From IMG/VR virus record IMGVR_UViG_3300021376_000006: a stretch of 64,000 bases of DNA, one strand, 5' to 3'. Every line of letters begins with the position of its first letter. Within the stretch, counting starts at the first letter, position 1. Below, piece after piece: positions 9,204-18,835 of the stretch. Source of the stretch: a virus (lineage: Duplodnaviria > Caudoviricetes). Below the pieces are notes generated by a model. The model was not told where the DNA came from. It ran no database searches and worked only from the letters and a program-made list of their open reading frames with translations. The position numbers were made by a program, and so were the translations under genes.

Positions 9204-10654
9204 TGCCATTCTGCCTTTTCTACAGTGAAAGGATAATTAGCCTCTTTATAAAAAGTTTTGCGTTTTGTTAAATGTCGTTTTGCGAACTTACAGGTGGAGG
9301 TGATGTCCCAGATTTGAACAAAGTCCTTATCTTCTGCTCGACGTATGCCCCGCCCAATGCTTTGTATAACTCTAATAAAAGACTTCCCAGGCTCAATAAG
9401 AACAAGATTAAAAATACGGGGAATATTAATACCAACTGCTGCGACGCCGTAAGTAGCGATGATGATTTTGTTTGTTGCCTCTGCCACTTCGTCATAGTGC
9501 TCTTTGCGCTCCCCGGCTTTAGTCGCCCCAGAAACAAACACACTGCCTGGTAGTCGTTTGGCTAATGCCCGTCCGGCGCTGATACGATCTACCAATATAA
9601 GTGTGTTGCCCGAATCAACTATAGTACTTATCAAACGACCAATATAGTCAAGTCTTTCAGCAGTTTCTATTAGATATTTTAGTTCGCTTTGATAGTTGTT
9701 ATATTCTTTGTGGTCCACTAACTGTACCACATTGACATGACACTGAGCCAAGTGTCCGGCTTCTTGTAGTTCGCTGGCGCTTAGTTGTCCTACTACAGGA
9801 CCCAGCATGCAGTTGATGCTTTGTCTTGCGTAATCTTCTTTGGGTATGGTACCAGTCAAGCCCCAACGTATAGGAACCTGTGCAAACGGTCCGCTCAGTA
9901 GTGCTTTTAATGCATCGGCTTTGGCCTGATGTACCTCGTCTACTATAACTGCTACTACACCCTCCAAGAACTCGCCTATAGTGATATCAGCCTCGGCGTT
10001 ATTGGTCGTCTTTAATAAATTGTTTAAGCTTTGCCAAGTACATATAGTATGTGTTCTATTGTATTCTTTTCTATCTCCAAAATACACACCGGTATCTAAT
10101 TCAAGATTAACAAAATCATCTTCTGTCTGTGTCACTAAACTTTTGTTAGGCACAATAACTATTGTACGCCCATACTGGCTCACAGAATCTGCCAGTGCTG
10201 CTGTGATGATAGTTTTACCGGCACCGGTGGCTACTTCCTGCACACACTGTGGATTGGCCAAAAATCTATTGATAATTTCTGGTTGATAGTCTCGTAGTAC
10301 TATAGGTTGGCCAGCCTTTGGATGATTTTGGGGCCACTGTTTGTGTTGATAAGTGTTTTCATCTACCGGAACAAATTCAAACGTGGTGCGATACTGTCTT
10401 GTATCCTCTACCTCAACATCGTAGCCTTGTTCATCAAGATAGGGCAGGATCTCTGGCAACAAGTTGATGTAAGTGGTGCCGCCAAGATTGAAGAAAGGAA
10501 CCTTGCCATCCCAGCGTCCAAGTTTTACACTGGGTTGATAACGAGCGCCCGGTATTTCATATTTGTATCGTTTTACTAAGGCTGTCCTTGTGTTAAGTTC
10601 AAGGCCTTCAATTTTTACATTGACTTCGTCTTTGATTAATAATCGAGCCTGCAT
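9200..10654 (-). CDS. uvsW: SF2 DNA helicase, UvsW-like
   Basis: LRDYQ Q-motif, ATGAGKT, VDEVH, GLTGT, QSIGRGIR. Confidence 0.9.
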   Translation of the reverse strand: MQARLLIKDEVNVKIEGLELNTRTALVKRYKYEIPGARYQPSVKLGRWDGKVPFFNLGGTTYINLLPEILPYLDEQGYDVEVEDTRQYRTTFEFVPVDENTYQHKQWPQNHPKAGQPIVLRDYQPEIINRFLANPQCVQEVATGAGKTIITAALADSVSQYGRTIVIVPNKSLVTQTEDDFVNLELDTGVYFGDRKEYNRTHTICTWQSLNNLLKTTNNAEADITIGEFLEGVVAVIVDEVHQAKADALKALLSGPFAQVPIRWGLTGTIPKEDYARQSINCMLGPVVGQLSASELQEAGHLAQCHVNVVQLVDHKEYNNYQSELKYLIETAERLDYIGRLISTIVDSGNTLILVDRISAGRALAKRLPGSVFVSGATKAGERKEHYDEVAEATNKIIIATYGVAAVGINIPRIFNLVLIEPGKSFIRVIQSIGRGIRRAEDKDFVQIWDITSTCKFAKRHLTKRKTFYKEANYPFTVEKAEWQ

Positions 10655-11805
10655 TAGTTTTTACGCTTCATAGTTGCAACATTATACACTTCTGTAGCAA
10701 AGTATACAACCTTTTCTGCTCGTTGTAACAAAATAGTTTTGTCACCGCCATGCATCATGCCTTGGCCACTAATCAATAACGGTATAGGTTCATCCCAAAG
10801 TGCAGTAAACTTGTTGAAGTAAACAACTTTTTTGTCAGTGATAAGATCTTTTTGTTTTAAACTTTGTGTCCGATAAATATCATCTTTATCAAAGCATTTA
10901 GCTACAAAATTGTTATACAGTCTTTCGCTCATGTCGGGTTCATAAACATAGATAGGATATCTGCCAACTGTGTCTGCGTACCGGACAAGATCTTGAAACA
11001 CAGTCTCATCACTGGTGGGTGCAAACTTGGTTTCTTGAGTAGTCATAAGATTGGCCACACGTGGTCCGTACTTGGAAACAATGTCTAAAACAAGCGGCTC
11101 ATCCACTGTGTAACCGTATACAGCACTACGATCAATCAAATGCTCTAAATTAGTCCAGTCGTTGACAGCTTCAATCAAGGTACGAGCGGCGTTTGTGATA
11201 GTGTAACTTTCTTTAGTGTCCGCGATCAATTTGATTTCATATTGTTGTGATTCACAGTCTTCAACTGCCCGTATGTAACGTTCGAATTCTGGTGCAAGTT
11301 CAAACTTGTGATTTTGTGCAAAGCCGTTGGCCGCTACCACATTCATTTCAGTCAAAGCCAATGCCCAGCTGCGATTTTGGCTATCAAATTTCCAACTGCC
11401 TTGGCTGACCATGGCCAAGTCTCTCAAGTCATTTATTAGTGTAGTATCGTACGGAAACTTTAACATAATGCTGTTGTTATCGATGTACAAAAGTCTACGT
11501 CGATCAATTTGTCTTATGCCCAATCTAAACGTAGGAGTTTCAACAGGACTAACATCAACCAAATGAGCAGCCAACTGTTTGCGATATTTGAGCACAATCT
11601 TGACTGCCAACTCTGCCTGTTTGTCTGTTAAAGCTCGCCCGCTTTGTGTAGCCTGACTCATGCTGTCTAAGATTTTAACATCGTATCTGGCAAGGCTAAT
11701 TATGGGCGGACGGCTATCAAACAAGCCGTACAACTTGCCAGTCACAATATCACGATCACCATTGATAACTTCGATATAATCTTCAACTGACGGAAATTTT
11801 TTCAT
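10654..11805 (-). CDS. Hypothetical protein with HARP-like segment
   Basis: LKFPYDTTLINDLR...WKFDSQNRSW resembles the HARP consensus; start refined to MKKFPS. Confidence 0.5.
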   Translation of the reverse strand: MKKFPSVEDYIEVINGDRDIVTGKLYGLFDSRPPIISLARYDVKILDSMSQATQSGRALTDKQAELAVKIVLKYRKQLAAHLVDVSPVETPTFRLGIRQIDRRRLLYIDNNSIMLKFPYDTTLINDLRDLAMVSQGSWKFDSQNRSWALALTEMNVVAANGFAQNHKFELAPEFERYIRAVEDCESQQYEIKLIADTKESYTITNAARTLIEAVNDWTNLEHLIDRSAVYGYTVDEPLVLDIVSKYGPRVANLMTTQETKFAPTSDETVFQDLVRYADTVGRYPIYVYEPDMSERLYNNFVAKCFDKDDIYRTQSLKQKDLITDKKVVYFNKFTALWDEPIPLLISGQGMMHGGDKTILLQRAEKVVYFATEVYNVATMKRKN

Positions 11806-11838
11806 AGTGTAAGTGTAATACTTATAAATGTAAAAGTC

Positions 11839-11862
11839 AAAAAAACCCCCGCCTAAGCGGGG
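11839..11862 (-). terminator. Rho-independent terminator
   Basis: CCCCGC-TTAG-GCGGGG hairpin followed by G and T7, downstream of the AAA ATPase gene. Confidence 0.8.
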
Positions 11863-11909
11863 CAAAGAACCGGAGTAAAAGGAGCTATCAAAAACCCCGG
11901 GCGATCTGC

Positions 11910-12947
11910 TTACGCAGATTTCATACAGGTTGATTGTGCAAGTGCCACCCACTTGGTAGGAAAACTCTTGTACAGCTGACCAATTTTTATAGCCATACGC
12001 AAGCTCATTTCACGTAGACTGTTCTTGTTAACGTTCATAAATTCAATGATCTCGTCCTGTGCAATATCACCAAGTTCAAGATCCGCAAACAGTTCACCAG
12101 AGCGAGCGATTTGGCGGATACGCAAGATCTTGTCGCGCATGGTGTCTAGTGTAAGGTCCAAGTAATGGCAGCGTGATTGCAGTGCATCCAAGTGATCACG
12201 CAGTTTCTGGCTCTTCATTTTGTCGAACTTGAGGTTAGTAATAAAGATAACCGAACCTTTAAATTCAAAACTGTTAGGAATACCTTCGTCACGCAAGATA
12301 CGCGATTCTGCGATCCATGATATCTTACGTTTCTTACCCGAGTCTAGAGCACCTTTAAGCAAGTTAAGGCACACATCATCAAGTAAAATACTGTCGCAGT
12401 CGTCGAACACAACCACGCAGTTTGGATCCGAATACTTGTATAAGGCTTGATACAAGCCGATAGCAGTGGCCGAACCTTTTACTACTTCGGCTCTAAGACG
12501 ACGGCCCGCGATTTGGTCGAACAAGCACGCCTTTTCAATCTCGGCTTCTACGCCATAACTCTTGCCCACACCCGGAGGACCGCTTACGATCATAGCACGG
12601 ATGTCACCGGTAGTAGCAGCCTTAGTCATCTCTGTCAGAATCTCAAAACGCCCGGCAATCTCAGCCATACGCTCTTCATCCGACTTCGAATCATTCACTA
12701 CGGCAGCAACATCTGTATCCATTGCCACCACTTGGCCATCAAACTCATCGGAACTCACGAACTCGTAATCACTCATGCTATTAACTTTGACACGGATATC
12801 TTCTGGGAAGCCAGGGAATTGGCCACCGTTCTTGACTGTGACATAGCCACCTTTGGCACCGGCCTTGTATTGTTCTACAAGTTGGAACACACGGTTGGAT
12901 ACATCGGTGGTGCGATATGCACCGGATCGAATTCTTACGAAACTCAT
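11910..12947 (-). CDS. AAA-family ATPase
   Basis: GPPGVGKS, VVFDDCD, IFITN; AGGAG RBS before MSFVR. Confidence 0.8.
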   Translation of the reverse strand: MSFVRIRSGAYRTTDVSNRVFQLVEQYKAGAKGGYVTVKNGGQFPGFPEDIRVKVNSMSDYEFVSSDEFDGQVVAMDTDVAAVVNDSKSDEERMAEIAGRFEILTEMTKAATTGDIRAMIVSGPPGVGKSYGVEAEIEKACLFDQIAGRRLRAEVVKGSATAIGLYQALYKYSDPNCVVVFDDCDSILLDDVCLNLLKGALDSGKKRKISWIAESRILRDEGIPNSFEFKGSVIFITNLKFDKMKSQKLRDHLDALQSRCHYLDLTLDTMRDKILRIRQIARSGELFADLELGDIAQDEIIEFMNVNKNSLREMSLRMAIKIGQLYKSFPTKWVALAQSTCMKSA

Positions 12948-12988
12948 AACAGCTCCTGTAGTTGATGTTGTATTGTTATTATTCAAGT

Positions 12989-13017
12989 ATTATACGAAAA
13001 AACGGAATTAGTGTCAA
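12989..13017 (-). promoter_or_regulatory. Consensus sigma70 promoter
   Basis: TTGACA-17-TATAAT exact. Confidence 0.9.
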
Positions 13018-13033
13018 GCACTAACTTTGCTCC

Positions 13034-13225
13034 TTATTTAAAAATTGCAGCGTTTACACTCTCACGAACACCGGTATTGCCGGCTTCATGTAAGCCACGC
13101 GCAGTTGAAATCATATCCATGATTTCGGTGACTTCGGTTAGAGTCCAGTGTAGTTGTTTTGCAGCAATTACAACACCATCCACTACACGATTACCGTTAT
13201 CGGTACTCATTCCGTAATGTATCAT
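13034..13225 (-). CDS. Small hypothetical protein
   Basis: AAGGAG RBS and its own promoter. Confidence 0.7.
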   Translation of the reverse strand: MIHYGMSTDNGNRVVDGVVIAAKQLHWTLTEVTEIMDMISTARGLHEAGNTGVRESVNAAIFK

Positions 13226-13257
13226 TTGGTACGCTCCTTATTAGTTACTATACCAAT

Positions 13258-13286
13258 ATTATAGCAAAATGGTAAATTATGGTCAA
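13258..13286 (-). promoter_or_regulatory. Sigma70 promoter
   Basis: TTGACC-17-TATAAT. Confidence 0.8.
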
Positions 13287-13348
13287 CGGTTGTTATTTTT
13301 GCAACAAAAGTTGGTATCTTTGCAACAGTTGCTATCTTTGTAATGTTG

Positions 13349-13612
13349 CTAATCTTTTAACGCATGCCAAATTTCCGGATTCGCACCCAGGTAAATGCGA
13401 TATAGCAATTTGTTGCGCCATACGCTAAACTCGTTGATCCTGTTCTCAAACCATATCAACAAATCATCCCTAAACCAAAGTGGATTTAGTAGAAACATAC
13501 ATAGGATTACAAAAATAGGCGGAAACAGGACGGCTAGTATAGTCCAATGTACCACACGCATACGCCACCAGCGACCGCCTTCGGGAGTCATTGTCACGGT
13601 TTGTTTTTTCAT
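13349..13612 (-). CDS. Small membrane protein
   Basis: One TM segment; ATG 6 nt after a TATAAT (probably leaderless). Confidence 0.65.
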   Translation of the reverse strand: MKKQTVTMTPEGGRWWRMRVVHWTILAVLFPPIFVILCMFLLNPLWFRDDLLIWFENRINEFSVWRNKLLYRIYLGANPEIWHALKD

Positions 13613-13638
13613 ACTGTTATTATACACTAACAAATCAA

Positions 13639-14814
13639 TTAGAACAATGCTTGATAACGCCAGAAATCGCTGGCTGCTGCAACACCACTGCCTGGTTCAA
13701 CTTTTATGCCTGTATCCAACATGGCCATTTCGGCTCCGGCAATTGCTGCCATAAGATGCACTTCATTCATATCACCCAGGTGACCAATACGGAATAACTT
13801 GCCTGCCATTCGGCTTAAGCCAGCACCCAAGCTCAAGTTATATCTCTTGTATGCTCGTGCAATTACATCAGCACCATTGATGCCATTGGGCACCATGATG
13901 GCACTTACTGTATCCGAATACCATTTTGGCTCTTGAGCACATAGTTCTAGGCCCCAACCTTCTTGTACTGCTGCTCTTACACCTGCGGCCAGATAGTGAT
14001 GTCGGCGTATGATGTTGTCGAGGCCTTCTTCGTTAATCATTTTTAACGATTCAATTAAGCCATATAACAAACTTAGTGCTGGTGTGTATGGATAGTAGCC
14101 TGTGCTAGTACTTTTAAGCATGTCATCTAAATCAAAGTATGCTCGTTTTAGTTTGGCTGTATGACGCTGCTCCAGTGCCTTTGGACTAGCACATAGTATA
14201 CCCAGACCAGCTGGTAGCATCAGACCTTTCTGTGAACCTGATACAGCCATGTCTACTCCCCAGTCGTCAAATCTCAAATCAATTGAGGCAAGACTAGATA
14301 CACAATCTACAAATAGTAATGCCGGATGATTAGCGTTGTCCAATACTCTACGAACTCCTTCAATATCAGAAGTCACTCCGGTCGCTGTTTCATTATGGCA
14401 AGCCAATACCGCTTTGATTGAATGATTGGTGTCTGTTTCTAATCTATCAAGATATAGATCCAATGGAACGCCGGTGCCCCACTCACAATCTATAACTTCT
14501 ACATCTAAACCTAATTTGACGCACATTTCAATCCATAAGTGACTGAACTGTCCAAACCTTGCAGCAAGAACATGGTCTCCGGGTGATAGTGTATTGGTGA
14601 GTGCTGCTTCCCAACAGCCGGTGCCCGAACTGGGAAACACAAAAGGTGTTCCTGCGTCAGTGCGGAACACCCGTTTTAGTCCTTGGGTAATTTGATCGGT
14701 AATCGCGGGGAAGTCTGGTGATCTATGGTCTTCCATACTTGCAACCATAGCTCTCAATACACGATCTGGTATATTGGTAGGTCCAGGCACAAATAAAAAA
14801 TTCCGTCCAGCCAT
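13639..14814 (-). CDS. sgaA: Serine-glyoxylate aminotransferase (class V PLP enzyme, SgaA-like)
   Basis: GRNFLFVPGPTNIPDRV, HNETATGVTS, GSQKGLMLPAGLG (PLP lysine), FRIGHLGD, GSGVAAA; tracks methylotroph SgaA as recalled along its length. Confidence 0.88.
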   Translation of the reverse strand: MAGRNFLFVPGPTNIPDRVLRAMVASMEDHRSPDFPAITDQITQGLKRVFRTDAGTPFVFPSSGTGCWEAALTNTLSPGDHVLAARFGQFSHLWIEMCVKLGLDVEVIDCEWGTGVPLDLYLDRLETDTNHSIKAVLACHNETATGVTSDIEGVRRVLDNANHPALLFVDCVSSLASIDLRFDDWGVDMAVSGSQKGLMLPAGLGILCASPKALEQRHTAKLKRAYFDLDDMLKSTSTGYYPYTPALSLLYGLIESLKMINEEGLDNIIRRHHYLAAGVRAAVQEGWGLELCAQEPKWYSDTVSAIMVPNGINGADVIARAYKRYNLSLGAGLSRMAGKLFRIGHLGDMNEVHLMAAIAGAEMAMLDTGIKVEPGSGVAAASDFWRYQALF

Positions 14815-14855
14815 GTTGCCTCCTGTAATGGTCTGGACCGAATCCAGATCATGAT

Positions 14856-14884
14856 AGTATATATTGTATAGTCAAGCTTGTCAA
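14856..14884 (-). promoter_or_regulatory. Sigma70 promoter of sgaA
   Basis: TTGACA-17-TATACT; AGGAGG RBS before ATG. Confidence 0.85.
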
Positions 14885-14888
14885 TTTT

Positions 14889-15107
14889 TTATTTTAAAAC
14901 TTTTCGAGTAAACCGCCAAATTGGACCAATTTCAGGATGATTACGATCACCGCCTACAGCTAGTTGTGCATCTAACGGAGCACCATAACTGTAATAATTT
15001 ACATAATCGGCAATTTTTCTGTTACGAGTTCTAATCAAACAAAGTCCCGCATCGTTGGTAACCATGAAGTGGGATATTCCGTCGTCATCTCGGTCAATGA
15101 AGAGCAT
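14889..15107 (-). CDS. Hypothetical protein
   Basis: ATAAATA motif 4 nt upstream of ATG. Confidence 0.6.
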   Translation of the reverse strand: MLFIDRDDDGISHFMVTNDAGLCLIRTRNRKIADYVNYYSYGAPLDAQLAVGGDRNHPEIGPIWRFTRKVLK

Positions 15108-15511
15108 ACCATATTTATTGCCTGGTCAATTTGATCAACAGGCACACCATTTTGTTCGTAACCTTCGCGTACCATTTCTAAATAGCCCACACCAGGTTGT
15201 TGTAAGTAGGTTTGATCCGTCATTTGATAAGTTATTGCAAAGACAAAACTTTTGCCGGTGTTGACTTTTACAAGAAATCTAGTGTAATAATATGGATACC
15301 CTTCGAGGGTATCAAGAGCTTGTAAATCTTGCATGGATATATCCCAAAGCACCCCATGGCAGATATTGCCCGGTGATCGGGCAATATCTGCATGAGTACG
15401 AAATACCAATTCATGATCGTCAATCCAAGCAGGTCCAACACATTCGGCCGTTGGACAGCGTCGATTCATTTCATCCTTATTGGTATTCATCCCATAAGCA
15501 AAGTATTTCAT
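15035..15511 (-). CDS. Gamma-glutamylcyclotransferase family protein
   Basis: YFAYGMN, GVLW, ALDTLEGYP; ATGA overlap with upstream gene. Confidence 0.85.
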   Translation of the reverse strand: MKYFAYGMNTNKDEMNRRCPTAECVGPAWIDDHELVFRTHADIARSPGNICHGVLWDISMQDLQALDTLEGYPYYYTRFLVKVNTGKSFVFAITYQMTDQTYLQQPGVGYLEMVREGYEQNGVPVDQIDQAINMVCSSLTEMTTEYPTSWLPTMRDFV

Positions 15512-16074
15512 ACTGGTATTCCAAAATGTTGATAATGTTTTTCCAGAGTCCACGCATGTAAATCATTTATTGATTGTCCATTATAGGTTTCAATTTCTGT
15601 AGTAAACACTTGAGTGTATCTATCAAAAAAATGATACACACTGGGTGTTTTACTAGCCCAGCCTGCTTTTTTTAAAGCCACATGATTTACTTTTTTAATC
15701 AGACAGGTCGGCGGATTCATTGCTTGAATAACAGTGAGCACGCCTTGAATCAGCATATCGCGAATTACTTTTTGTGGTATCACGTGCTCAAAGTCGTAGT
15801 CCTTTTTTTGTAAACCTTTTTCTCGATAGTGAGCTTTTATGTTACCGGCAATATTATAATCATGCGATCGCCTCAACGCATCATCAATTCGATCTCGAAC
15901 CAGTCTGGCTGTTTGATTCATTTCTGTCAACCCGCTATACTCTTTGAGTAAACGAGTCAGTTCACGACTTATTGACTCCGTGGTTTGATCATAAGCACCT
16001 TGATCTCTTTTGACCTTGCGATATTCTACGGGTTGGTAAGATTCAACCAGTGACTGAAATTTGGATTTAGCCAT
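15508..16074 (-). CDS. Putative HNH / His-Me finger nuclease (DUF1524-like)
   Basis: YDFEHVIPQ followed by NPPTCLI and NH. Confidence 0.5.
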   Translation of the reverse strand: MAKSKFQSLVESYQPVEYRKVKRDQGAYDQTTESISRELTRLLKEYSGLTEMNQTARLVRDRIDDALRRSHDYNIAGNIKAHYREKGLQKKDYDFEHVIPQKVIRDMLIQGVLTVIQAMNPPTCLIKKVNHVALKKAGWASKTPSVYHFFDRYTQVFTTEIETYNGQSINDLHAWTLEKHYQHFGIPV

Positions 16075-16075
16075 A

Positions 16076-17239
16076 TTATGCCTTCATCTCCATAAACTTT
16101 TTGCCTTCGATTGTTGTGCCGTTTTGTATTGCAAAAAAAGTCTTGTCGGCGCCCGTTAATTTAAAACAGTCTATGGACACTTGTGGGATAAGATTTGGTT
16201 CGCACCAGGTCTTACCCAGTACACCGATGTCTAAGTTTTCACTAGGTATTGCTAATTTACCACCGTTAATAAGGTACACTTCTCGCATAAACTTAAACAT
16301 TCCTTGCGGGGCAGACCAAGCACTGCCAACAAAAAAGTCCCATTGACGCTTGGCAGCGGTATGGCAGTCGTGACTAGACGAAAAACTTACTGCACAAGTT
16401 TCAGTGATATCCTGCATCCAATTCTTTGGCATCTTTTTGTTTAAACTTTTAACAATACTGTTCATATAATAGAGTCCAATAAACACGCCCTGATCAATTT
16501 CTTGATCAGCTGGCCAAGCAATTGTGATTGCGTCAAGAATTTGTCGAGTAGTAGCAGCCGTTTTATCAACGCTGGCAGATTTGTAGGCATAGTCAAAATG
16601 ACTAAACCAATAATCGTTGATGTTTCTGGCTTTGGTTGATTCAATTAATTGTACACGGGCATTATCAAATGCATCTTGTAGATTTCGAGCCAGTTCAGTT
16701 TCCTGCGTGCTCAAACCCAGCTTGTGTTGATACAACCAGTTTTGGTGCAGGTCTGGTTTTCCAACTTTCTTGATACCACTGTGGTTGTTGATGATAAACG
16801 CAACTGAAGGAAACGCAAGATCTTCGGTATCGTTAATAATAACCGGAACTTTAGTGTAGCCTAGTAGGCTTAACAAAACGCAACGGTGCTGACCATTATA
16901 TGCAAACAACTTGTCTTGACGCCAAGGTTCTTTTGTTAGGGCCTTGCCTATAAAGTTGGCGGTAGCAGCAGGTTCAATAATTCTAATATCAAATTTTTTA
17001 ATGATGTCAATCAAGTGCTTGATAATAACGTTGCGTTGAACTTCATAGTCCAACCAAACGTTATTAACATCTTCATAATGCATGCCTCGTGCAAAATTCA
17101 AATTTAGAGCAGTCATTCTTGCTCTAATTTGCTGCATCATTGAATTAAATTGCTTGTCTGAAAGTTTGAGGGCCGCTTTGATGTCACGACGAGCGTCGTT
17201 AACAACATCAATCAGTGGCCGCGATACCCGGGCTGACAT
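16076..17239 (-). CDS. ParB/Srx-superfamily protein (DUF262/DndB-like, DGQHR type)
   Basis: Ordered motifs EVQRNV, YNGQHR, AFIINN. Confidence 0.65.
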   Translation of the reverse strand: MSARVSRPLIDVVNDARRDIKAALKLSDKQFNSMMQQIRARMTALNLNFARGMHYEDVNNVWLDYEVQRNVIIKHLIDIIKKFDIRIIEPAATANFIGKALTKEPWRQDKLFAYNGQHRCVLLSLLGYTKVPVIINDTEDLAFPSVAFIINNHSGIKKVGKPDLHQNWLYQHKLGLSTQETELARNLQDAFDNARVQLIESTKARNINDYWFSHFDYAYKSASVDKTAATTRQILDAITIAWPADQEIDQGVFIGLYYMNSIVKSLNKKMPKNWMQDITETCAVSFSSSHDCHTAAKRQWDFFVGSAWSAPQGMFKFMREVYLINGGKLAIPSENLDIGVLGKTWCEPNLIPQVSIDCFKLTGADKTFFAIQNGTTIEGKKFMEMKA

Positions 17240-17290
17240 GATGGTAATTCTCCAATTGTAAATAGTAACTGGAATTAGTTACTGAATCTT

Positions 17291-17319
17291 AGTATATGCA
17301 AAATATAGTTATGTGTCAA
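17291..17319 (-). promoter_or_regulatory. Sigma70 promoter of the ParB-like/HNH/GGCT operon
   Basis: TTGACA-17-TATACT; GGAG RBS. Confidence 0.85.
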
Positions 17320-18110
17320 CCCGTGTATTTGCCAAAAGTTTGTTGCAATTTTGTTAAGTCTGCACAGGTATACTTTTGATAGCTATGCGCTAGATGTTCA
17401 GGAAAAGGTATTATCTGAATCAGTGCTCCATATTGATTGGCTTTGTCTCGCGCAATGTCGGCGAATGATTGTGCTTGTCCTGTACCAATGTTCCATACAC
17501 CGTTTTCATCAATTTTGCGCCGGACAAATTCGTATTGAACATCTAACAAACGCTCAACAGGAACAAAGTCTCTTTGAAAATGGTCGCTGCCTTCGAATAT
17601 TTTTATAATACCAGTGGATTGAGCTTGTACAGCAAACTGATAGTGCGGGCTGGCTTGATTACCTTTATGGGTTTCGTTCGCACCATATACATTAAAGTAT
17701 CTAAATCCCTGGCACCGAACATGCGTCGGATGGTGTTCGATGTAGTGTTCGAATAGATATTTACTCCATGCGTATGGACTTCTAGGATCAACTGGTGCGG
17801 TCTCTGTAAAGTCTCGGCCCATGCCATACACGCTAGCCGAGCTGCTCCATTGAAGATTGACATCATGTCGTCTGCACTCCTCATATAGCCAAACGCTAAA
17901 GTCATAATTCTGACGCATCACTTTGTCAACATCACGCTCAGTGGTACTGCTTATGGCTCCAAAATGAAAAACCCAATCCAGGCCTTCGATACGCGGTAAT
18001 AGATTTTCGTCCCATTCGTATGTGACAATTTCATGGCCGCCAATTTTATGCCAACGACTTACAGCGTGGCTACCAATAAAGCCTCTACTTCCGGTTATTA
18101 ATATTTTCAA
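17316..18110 (-). CDS. hldD: ADP-L-glycero-D-manno-heptose 6-epimerase
   Basis: GSRGFIG, FHFGAISSTTERD, SSSASVYG, YAWSK, FRYFNVYG, KYTCADLTKL. Confidence 0.85.
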   Translation of the reverse strand: MKILITGSRGFIGSHAVSRWHKIGGHEIVTYEWDENLLPRIEGLDWVFHFGAISSTTERDVDKVMRQNYDFSVWLYEECRRHDVNLQWSSSASVYGMGRDFTETAPVDPRSPYAWSKYLFEHYIEHHPTHVRCQGFRYFNVYGANETHKGNQASPHYQFAVQAQSTGIIKIFEGSDHFQRDFVPVERLLDVQYEFVRRKIDENGVWNIGTGQAQSFADIARDKANQYGALIQIIPFPEHLAHSYQKYTCADLTKLQQTFGKYTG

Positions 18111-18504
18111 TTATTTTACTCGTTGAATAATTGGGTACTAGATCGTAATATTTAATACTGTCGCAGTATTCAGCACCGGTAATTTTTTTACCACGATAGT
18201 CTGAACCTTTGACCATTAAACTAGGTTTATACAATTTACAAATATGTGCCAGTTCTTCCTGTGTATCAAAAATCCACACAGCATCTACACATTTAAGATT
18301 GTCCAATGCAAACTTGCGGTCTTCCTGTTTATTAACAGGACGCTGTTCACCTTTTAACTCTCTCACCTCACGATCTGAATCTATTGCAACCAACAAATAG
18401 GTTCCTTGACTTTTTGCAAAGTTGAGCATTTCAATGTGCCCACGATGCAGGATGTCAAAGGTCCCGTTAACTATTACTCTTCTGGCTATCCCCGGGCTGT
18501 ACAC
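18085..18504 (-). CDS. Heptose-1-phosphate adenylyltransferase-like (RfaE domain II / HldC)
   Basis: NGTFDILHRGH, KGEQRP, VKGSDY, STSKII. Confidence 0.85.
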   Translation of the reverse strand: MYSPGIARRVIVNGTFDILHRGHIEMLNFAKSQGTYLLVAIDSDREVRELKGEQRPVNKQEDRKFALDNLKCVDAVWIFDTQEELAHICKLYKPSLMVKGSDYRGKKITGAEYCDSIKYYDLVPNYSTSKIIENINNRK

Positions 18505-18835
18505 GATAATTGTCCTCTACGGAATCTGGTGTGGAAACTTCTACTACTGTGCCTTGTTCTAGGCAAATTAATTGATGTGGCATACAAGGTGGATTGTGCC
18601 AAGTATCGCCCACATTCAATTCTTGTTCAATCTGTGCAGCAGTATTTGTATCAATATATTTTACAATGAATTTTCCAGATTGTATGTACCAAGTTTCTTC
18701 TTTTTCTCTATGGAAGTGCATACTAAATCTGGCACCGATATTGAAGTGCATCATCTTACCACAGTATCTATCGTTGGTGGCCCAGATTTCTTCAAACCCC
18801 CAACCTTTTTCAACTCTTCCTGATAATCTTGTCAT
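18467..18835 (-). CDS. Cupin, sugar isomerase-like
   Basis: KGWGFE, SMHFH..K.ETWY, EVSTPD...DNYRV. Confidence 0.8.
   Translation of the reverse strand: MTRLSGRVEKGWGFEEIWATNDRYCGKMMHFNIGARFSMHFHREKEETWYIQSGKFIVKYIDTNTAAQIEQELNVGDTWHNPPCMPHQLICLEQGTVVEVSTPDSVEDNYRVQPGDSQKSNS

Noticed and set aside
11880-12957. 9-bp inverted match (AGGAGCTAT / ACAGCTCCT) between the AAA ATPase 3' UTR and its RBS, suggesting long-range pairing
   Set aside because: Short, needs one wobble, and is compatible with chance
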